NCBI GenBank assembly: GCA_965199635.1
Contig: CBDASL010000001.1
Location: forward strand, 1,275,422-1,339,421
Length of the DNA: 64,000 nucleotides
Direction: 5' to 3'
Source of the DNA: Acidobacteriaceae bacterium
GTDB lineage: Bacteria > Acidobacteriota > Terriglobia > Terriglobales > Acidobacteriaceae
Numbering within the stretch: position 1 is the first letter of the stretch; each line of letters begins with the position of its first letter. Under the pieces are notes generated by a model that saw only the letters and a program-made list of their open reading frames with translations, ran no database searches and was not told where the DNA came from. Below are positions 58,500 through 64,000 of this stretch, one piece after another. The translations under genes were made by a program, and so were the position numbers.

Positions 58500-58528
58500 A
58501 CTCTACGAGTCAGCTTGGGGAGGGTCAA
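58500..58528 (-). promoter_or_regulatory. sigma70-type promoter candidate for tig(-clpP-clpX)
   Basis: On the minus strand: TTGACC (58528-58523), a 17-nt spacer, then TAGAGT (58505-58500). Confidence 0.4.
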
Positions 58529-58552
58529 ACAGCCGTGCGAGCAGGCGGCAAC

Positions 58553-59842
58553 CTAAAGCGGCGATCCTTCCGGGGAAGAGAGGCCAAGCAGCTCAAAACG
58601 GACGTGCCATTCTAGTGCCTGGCCGGGCTGCAATGTGGGGATGGAGTCCTGCGCCTTGACTCCCCAGGCCTTGTTGAAGGGATCGTCGAGGTTGTTCTGG
58701 AAACCCATCTGCAACACACCAGGGTCAGAAGGGCTGGTAGCGACGTGGACGGCCGGCATGCCCTGGGACAGCGCCGTCATTCGCAGACCGACGCCGGATG
58801 CAGGGTCGCGCACTTCGAGTACGGGGCCATTGTCTAGAAATCCCGTGCGGAGGTGCGTGTACGTTGCGTCCAACGCACCCTTCCCGAGTGCTTTGCCGCC
58901 GCGCGCGGAAAAGTCCGACGCAGAGGAAGCTACATCGAGCAGATGACCAGTAGCGCGACCGCTGTGCATTTCCTCGATCTCAGATGACGGCACACGCAGG
59001 GTGGCGGCCGAACGGGAGTTGCTGGGCAGAATAAGCAGAGGAAGCCAGCCGATGCCGACCGGTTCAGCTTCCCGTCCGGTATTGCGGACGGTGATCTTCA
59101 TGTCAAGGGCGCGGATGCTGAGCAGTGCTGAAACGGTGACGCTGGAGCTGGAGGGCCAGCGATTGCCGAAGTTGCCAGGCTCAAAGCCTGCCTGGATGGA
59201 GCCGCCGTCCGGCATGACATCGTGGTCCACGGCCTCGCTTGCCACGCCCTGGAGCAGGCCGCCCTCGCTCCCAGTCTCGCCAGTCCGTGGCAGAGACAGT
59301 TGTCGACCGTGCCACTCGGCCAAGACGGCGTCAGGACTGCCTGGTGCGCCCGGGACCACACCAGCCCACGGGACCTGGAGTGTTGACGCACCAGAGAAAT
59401 GAGCATGCCGCGACTGTTCGTGGGCCAGCTGTTCCACTGAAGGCGCCTGAAGAAGGGAGACGATGCCCTTTCCGGGAATGGAGGCCGTGATTTGCAGCGG
59501 CTCCATGCCTCTGCCAGGAAGAAACGTGACTGACAGCAGCTCCGGCATAGACCCGTCGCTGAGAGGAGCCCGCTGCAACACGAGCGGCTCCTTCCCTCCA
59601 ATCAGCAGCACCGGCGCGCTGGCGGGTTCGTTCGAGGCCTTCAGCTCGCGCTTCAGGCGGCCAAAGCGGCCTTTCACATGGGCGTAGTACCCGAAACCGA
59701 TGCCAAAGAGGGTGAGAAGGATCACAAGAGCGCGGAGCGCACGCCGTCGCGCGATGAGCCATCGCTCTGTGCGCCTGAGGCGCGAGGAGACTTCGCCTGA
59801 GACAGCGCGGGCGTACATCCGACTTAGTCGTGGGTCTTCCAT
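58553..59842 (-). CDS. membrane-anchored protein with galactose-mutarotase-like (aldose 1-epimerase family) beta-sandwich domain
   Basis: N-terminal TM ALVILLTLFGIGFGYY. The overall strand pattern of aldose-epimerase-like proteins is present (LLSVTFLPGRGMEPLQI..., ...LQPGQALEWHVRFEL). Catalytic residues are not confidently identified. Confidence 0.4.
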   Translation of the reverse strand: MEDPRLSRMYARAVSGEVSSRLRRTERWLIARRRALRALVILLTLFGIGFGYYAHVKGRFGRLKRELKASNEPASAPVLLIGGKEPLVLQRAPLSDGSMPELLSVTFLPGRGMEPLQITASIPGKGIVSLLQAPSVEQLAHEQSRHAHFSGASTLQVPWAGVVPGAPGSPDAVLAEWHGRQLSLPRTGETGSEGGLLQGVASEAVDHDVMPDGGSIQAGFEPGNFGNRWPSSSSVTVSALLSIRALDMKITVRNTGREAEPVGIGWLPLLILPSNSRSAATLRVPSSEIEEMHSGRATGHLLDVASSASDFSARGGKALGKGALDATYTHLRTGFLDNGPVLEVRDPASGVGLRMTALSQGMPAVHVATSPSDPGVLQMGFQNNLDDPFNKAWGVKAQDSIPTLQPGQALEWHVRFELLGLSSPEGSPL

Positions 59843-59981
59843 CAGCCCTCAGTGGAACATGCCATTTTGTTTGCGGATCGGGGAGGTCCGCTCCTCGGCG
59901 AATCTTACGGTGCGCGGACGTGAGAGACAACCTTAACCAGAGCGAAGGCAACCCAGTGTTTTGAGAAAGACGGAGGGTTAC

Positions 59982-60278
59982 ATGAACGCACGGGGTTATT
60001 GGCTGGCTTTTTCGATAGGTGTTGCTGCTGGTGCAGGGATTGCTCTGCTGTACGCTCCGCAGAGCGGCACGCGGGCTCGCAAGAAGCTGCGGCGTGGTGT
60101 AGAGGACGCCGGGGACTCGCTCCGGGATGCGGGGGACTATTTGAAGAGCCAGGCAGAACGCCTGAGTGACGAGGCTCAGACCATCTACGGGCGGGGCAAG
60201 AGCGGGGTGAGTGACGCTGTTGACACGGCTTCGAGCTATGCCGGCTCGGCTGCCAAGCAGGTGCGTTCGCTCGTCTAG
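59982..60278 (+). CDS. YtxH domain-containing protein
   Basis: The Met at 59982 has GGAGG 5 nt upstream. WLAFSIGVAAGAGIALLYAPQSGTRARKKLRRGVEDAGD. Confidence 0.75.
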   Translation: MNARGYWLAFSIGVAAGAGIALLYAPQSGTRARKKLRRGVEDAGDSLRDAGDYLKSQAERLSDEAQTIYGRGKSGVSDAVDTASSYAGSAAKQVRSLV

Positions 60279-60300
60279 TTGTGGCCAGGCATTGAAGCGA

Positions 60301-60328
60301 AAGGGCAGCCAACTGGCTGCCCTTTTTG
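60301..60328. terminator. intrinsic terminator between the ytxH-like gene and clpC (convergent)
   Basis: aagggcagcc-aact-ggctgccctt is a 10-bp stem followed by tttg. Confidence 0.8.
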
Positions 60329-60350
60329 CTCGTTCGGTTGACCTCATGCC

Positions 60351-62825
60351 TTACACGACGGAGAGTGCCAAACCGTCCACACGCTCCTCGCCGTCGGAGG
60401 CGATAGGGCGGTAGAACAGCTGGTTGGTGTCGAGATACACCTCGAGGAACGCAGGACGTTGGGTGATGCCGCCCGCGATCAGCGCCTCCGAAAGCGGATC
60501 TTCGATGTAGCGTTGCAGTGCGCGCCGCAGTGGCCGGGCTCCGTAGCTACGATCCACGAGTGTTTTGTCGAGGATCCACTTCTTCGCATCGTCGGTGACG
60601 CTGATCGTAATCGCCTTGTGGACGAGGTTGGTGTTGAGTTGCTGGACCAGGAGCTCGAGGATCTGCATGAGATCCGCGTCGCTCAATGCGGTGAAGATGA
60701 TCACCTCATCCAGACGGTTCAGGAACTCCGGGTTGAAGGTGCGCTTCACCTCGCCCTTGACCATCTCCTCCATCTTCTCAAGCACCATCTCGTCCTTGGA
60801 GGACTGGAAGCCAAGACCCTCTCGCTTCATCAGGTGCTTGGCCCCGATATTCGAAGTCATGATGAGGATGGTGTTCTTAAAGTCGACGGTGTTGCCGAGG
60901 CCGTCAGTGAGCTGGCCGTCCTCAAAGACCTGCAGGAGCAGGTTGAAGACATCCGGGTGCGCTTTCTCGATCTCATCGAGAAGCACAACCGAGTACGGGC
61001 TGCGCTTGACACGCTCCGTGAGCTGACCGCCCTCCTCGTAGCCGACATAGCCCGGGGGCGAACCGATCAGCTTGGAGACGGAGTGCTTTTCCATGAACTC
61101 CGACATGTCAAAGCGGACCAGCGATTTCTCAGAGCCGAAGAGGAACTGAGCCAGAGTACGCGCCATCTCGGTTTTGCCAACGCCGGTTGGGCCAAGGAAC
61201 AGGAAGCTGCCGATCGGGCGTGCCGGATTCTTCAACCCTGCACGGGAGCGCCGAATGGCGCGTGCCAGGGCACTGATGGCCTTCTCCTGACTGATGACGC
61301 GCTTGTGCAGCTCTTCCTCAACACGAAGCAGTCGCTGTGTTTCCTCTTCCTTCAGCGAGGTGATGGGTACACCAGTCCACCGGCTGACGACGTCCTCGAT
61401 ATCTTCGCGCGTAACGATGCCCGCGGAAGAGTCGTCGAGGTGGTACTTGTCACGCAGCGAGCGAAGGTTCTCCCGCTCCTTGCGTTCCTCGTCGGAGTAG
61501 AAGCGCGCCTTTTCAAACTCGTGATTCGCGATGGCGTTTTCCATGCGGTGCACGATGAACTTGATTCGCTTCTGGACCTCGGTGAGTTCCTCGGGGAGGG
61601 AAGTCTGGCGCAGCTTGACGCGCGCTCCAGCCTCGTCGATCAGATCGATGGCCTTGTCGGGCAGAAAGCGATCCGGAATGTAGCGGCTGGAGTGCGAGAC
61701 GGAGAACGAGATCGCATCGTCGGTATAGCTGACGGCGTGGAACTTCTCGTACTTGTCCTTGATCCCCATGATGATCTTGACCGCGTCGTCTTCGTTGGGA
61801 GGTGGAACCTTAACGGCTTGGAACCGACGCTCGAGGGAGCGATCCTTCTCGATGGACTTGCGGTATTCAGCAGGCGTGGTAGCGCCGATGCACTGGATCT
61901 CGCCCCGGCTTAGCGCCGGCTTGAGGATGTTTGCCGCGTCGAGCGAGCCCTCGGCTGAACCGGCGCCGACCAGTGTGTGCAACTCATCGATGAAGACGAT
62001 GGAGTTCTGATTCTCCATGAGCTCCTTCATGATGGTCTTGAGGCGCTCCTCAAACTGCCCGCGGTACTTGGTGCCGGCCACGATGAGAGAGAGATCAAGC
62101 GCCAGCACGCGCTTGTCAGCCAGGAAGCTAGGGACCTCGCCGTCGGCAATCTTCTGAGCCAGGCCTTCGACTATCGCTGTCTTGCCCACACCAGGCTCGC
62201 CGATGAGGACGGGATTGTTCTTGGTGCGACGGCACAGGATCTGGATGACGCGATCCACTTCAACATCGCGCCCTACAAGGGGGTCGAGCTGCTGGTCAAT
62301 CGCAGACTGGGTGAGGTCTCGGCTGAACTCAGCGAGCATGCTTTGCTCCTGCCGTCCTCCGCCACCGCCCTGCTTGCCCTGGGCCGGTGCCTTCTCCTGC
62401 GTGGTGCGCTGCAGCTCCTCGCGGATGGCTGGCAACCGGAGGCCGCGCTCGGTCAGGATCTCGGCCGCAAAGCACTTTTCTTCTCGAAGGAGCCCCAGCA
62501 GCAGGTGCTCGGTGCCGATGTGCTTGTGGCTGAGGCGCTCGGCCTCCTCCGCGGCGTAGGCCAGAACCCGCTTGCACTCATTGGACAGCGGCAGATCTAC
62601 GGAGGTGGATACTTTCTCTCGAACTGTCGTATGTTGCTCGATCTGCTTGCGGATCGACTCTACCGAGGCGTGGCTCCGCAAGAACCGGTTTGTGAGCGCC
62701 TTGTCTTCGCGCAACAGCCCGAGCAAAAGGTGCTCGGTCTCGATATAAGGTGAACCGAACTGGCTCGCCTCATATCGCGCAAAGAAGATGACGCGCCGCG
62801 CTTTCTCCGTATAGCGTTCGAACAT
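60351..62825 (-). CDS. clpC: ATP-dependent Clp protease ATP-binding subunit ClpC (class-I AAA+)
   Basis: The Met at 62825 gives [20 protein letters not shown] (Clp_N repeats). Two Walker A motifs, GEPGVGKTA and [12 protein letters not shown]-like linker. Confidence 0.9.
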   Translation of the reverse strand: MFERYTEKARRVIFFARYEASQFGSPYIETEHLLLGLLREDKALTNRFLRSHASVESIRKQIEQHTTVREKVSTSVDLPLSNECKRVLAYAAEEAERLSHKHIGTEHLLLGLLREEKCFAAEILTERGLRLPAIREELQRTTQEKAPAQGKQGGGGGRQEQSMLAEFSRDLTQSAIDQQLDPLVGRDVEVDRVIQILCRRTKNNPVLIGEPGVGKTAIVEGLAQKIADGEVPSFLADKRVLALDLSLIVAGTKYRGQFEERLKTIMKELMENQNSIVFIDELHTLVGAGSAEGSLDAANILKPALSRGEIQCIGATTPAEYRKSIEKDRSLERRFQAVKVPPPNEDDAVKIIMGIKDKYEKFHAVSYTDDAISFSVSHSSRYIPDRFLPDKAIDLIDEAGARVKLRQTSLPEELTEVQKRIKFIVHRMENAIANHEFEKARFYSDEERKERENLRSLRDKYHLDDSSAGIVTREDIEDVVSRWTGVPITSLKEEETQRLLRVEEELHKRVISQEKAISALARAIRRSRAGLKNPARPIGSFLFLGPTGVGKTEMARTLAQFLFGSEKSLVRFDMSEFMEKHSVSKLIGSPPGYVGYEEGGQLTERVKRSPYSVVLLDEIEKAHPDVFNLLLQVFEDGQLTDGLGNTVDFKNTILIMTSNIGAKHLMKREGLGFQSSKDEMVLEKMEEMVKGEVKRTFNPEFLNRLDEVIIFTALSDADLMQILELLVQQLNTNLVHKAITISVTDDAKKWILDKTLVDRSYGARPLRRALQRYIEDPLSEALIAGGITQRPAFLEVYLDTNQLFYRPIASDGEERVDGLALSVV

Positions 62826-63148
62826 GGTTTCCCCTTCCAGCCCCACGGCGGCGACCCAAAGACTGTCGCCTCCATAACTGATGTTGCACCCCCCGGCTCA
62901 GGTGCAAGGCACCCTCCCCGAGTCTTGGCTGCTCCAGCAGAGCACCCGTACATGTTTCAAGTGTAGCCCGCGTTTCCGGGGTATGTGCCTCTCCCCGTGT
63001 ATGCGTCACAGTACCGCACGGCTGCACTTTTGGCTGTGCAAAGATGGACGGAATCTTCCTGCAAAGGTCACCAGAGTAGAGACCTCCTGAGGGGTTACGG
63101 GGGAGGCCGTTGTACCTGCTCGGACGGGGGCCAGGTCTGCGCTTCGAG

Positions 63149-63859
63149 CTAGGGCTGGTCCGTAAGTCTGCCACTGTGAAGACGCAGGCGCCGGTCGCAG
63201 CGCTGGGCCAGACCCATATGGTGGGTCACAAGGATCGCGGCCAGGCCATTGTCTCGCTGCAGCTGCTGGAGCAGGAGGAAGATGTCTTCTGCGGTTCCCT
63301 CGTCGAGATCGCCCGTAGGCTCGTCTGCCAGGAGCAAAATCGGCTGGGTCACCAGAGCACGAGCCAGGCTCACCCGTTGTTGCTCGCCGCCACTTAATTC
63401 GCCAGCGCGGTGGTCAGCGCGGGCCCGCAGCCCAACCCGTTCCAGCCAGCGGAGGACCTGTGGGCGAGCCGCCACCATGCTGAAGCCCTGCGCGAGCAGG
63501 GGCATGGCGACGTTCTCTTCCGCGGTGAACTCAGGCAGCAGATAGTGGGACTGCCACAGGTACCCGATCTTTCGGCCGCGCAGACGAGTGAGTGCGGTGG
63601 TGCTTAGACCGGTCATCAACTCGCCCCCAACCCACACCTTGCCGGAACTCGGCCGGTCAAGCGCGGCGAGAAGATGAAGAAGGCTGCTCTTGCCGGCGCC
63701 GCTTGCGCCCACGATGGCTACCATCTCCCCGGCACACACCGTGAGATCCAGATCCCGGAAGAGCTCCAGCTCCGCCGAGCGGCCGACTGCGGGGAAGCGG
63801 CGGCTCAGGCCTTCCGTCCGAAGCACGATCTCCAACGGGGCGGGCGGGGCGAGGCTCAT
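63149..63859 (-). CDS. ABC transporter ATP-binding protein (LolD/MacB-type)
   Basis: From the Met at 63859: Walker A GASGAGKSS, Q-loop, signature LSGGEQQRVSLARAL, Walker B ILLADEPTGDLD. Confidence 0.85.
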   Translation of the reverse strand: MSLAPPAPLEIVLRTEGLSRRFPAVGRSAELELFRDLDLTVCAGEMVAIVGASGAGKSSLLHLLAALDRPSSGKVWVGGELMTGLSTTALTRLRGRKIGYLWQSHYLLPEFTAEENVAMPLLAQGFSMVAARPQVLRWLERVGLRARADHRAGELSGGEQQRVSLARALVTQPILLLADEPTGDLDEGTAEDIFLLLQQLQRDNGLAAILVTHHMGLAQRCDRRLRLHSGRLTDQP

Positions 63860-64000
63860 GCCTGCTCCGTTGCGGATCGAACCTGGGCAGCCGGGGCGTC
63901 CTGAGATTCCTGAGTCAGCGGGATGTCGGTGGATGGGCGGGGGTGCCACTGTGGGCGAAAGGCGATTGCCATGCGATTCCAAGCGTTGATACTGGCGATC
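63856..64000 (-). CDS. C-terminal fragment of a probable carboxymuconolactone decarboxylase (AhpD-like) family protein; 5' part outside the window
   Basis: Hand translation gives ...IASINAWNRMAIAFRPQWHPRPSTDIPLTQESQDAPAAQVRSATEQA*. INAWNR-x-AI-x-FR recalls the CMD family C-terminus. The stop TGA overlaps the ABC ATPase ATG (ATGA). Confidence 0.4.
   Translation of the reverse strand, partial: IASINAWNRMAIAFRPQWHPRPSTDIPLTQESQDAPAAQVRSATEQA

Noticed and set aside
62884-62907. Resemblance of TTGCACC-n10-GGTGCAA to the HrcA CIRCE element.
   Set aside because: The half-sites differ from TTAGCACTC/GAGTGCTAA and the spacer is 10 nt rather than 9. It is reported only as an unexplained inverted repeat.

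Overview
This window reads as 64 kb of core chromosome from a high-GC Gram-negative bacterium. Carboxypeptidase-regulatory-domain TonB receptors, NHL/Ig surface proteins and the overall gene content suggest Acidobacteriota/Terriglobia, but that is inference only. I support about 50 CDS, one tRNA-Leu(CAA), one SAM-I riboswitch, several intrinsic terminators and a few sigma70-like promoters.

Recognisable blocks:
- nth, hemQ, dedA, engB
- two large secreted beta-propeller/NHL proteins
- a System-I cytochrome c maturation block: ccmF, ccmH and accessory genes
- a Na+/solute symporter, a deoxyhypusine-synthase-like gene, and galK-galT
- an HTH-TOBE regulator next to a TonB-dependent receptor
- a two-component cluster with a receiver/thioredoxin-reductase-like fusion
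- pruA
- a 1177-aa GH18-like/CE4/GT2 exopolysaccharide synthase fusion
- serS, pyrD, purH
- the tig-clpP-clpX-lon proteostasis cluster plus clpC

I saw no CRISPR array, IS element, integrase, prophage or obvious defence island.

Most interesting observations:
1. A SAM-I riboswitch sits in front of a ThrC-family enzyme translationally coupled to a MoaD/ThiS-type sulfur carrier. This looks like a MetM/MetO-type homocysteine route.
2. An operon encodes a REC/Grx-like/TrxR-like fusion in which both redox CxxC motifs are missing, together with a histidine kinase whose cNMP-binding-like domain appears to lack the phosphate-binding Arg.
3. The triple-fusion polysaccharide synthase/deacetylase/GH18-like protein is followed tightly by a 341-aa orphan protein I cannot place.

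Many long ORFs in the supplied track are antisense or alternate-frame artefacts of high GC, and I rejected them. All domain calls come from motif recognition by eye. No searches were run.
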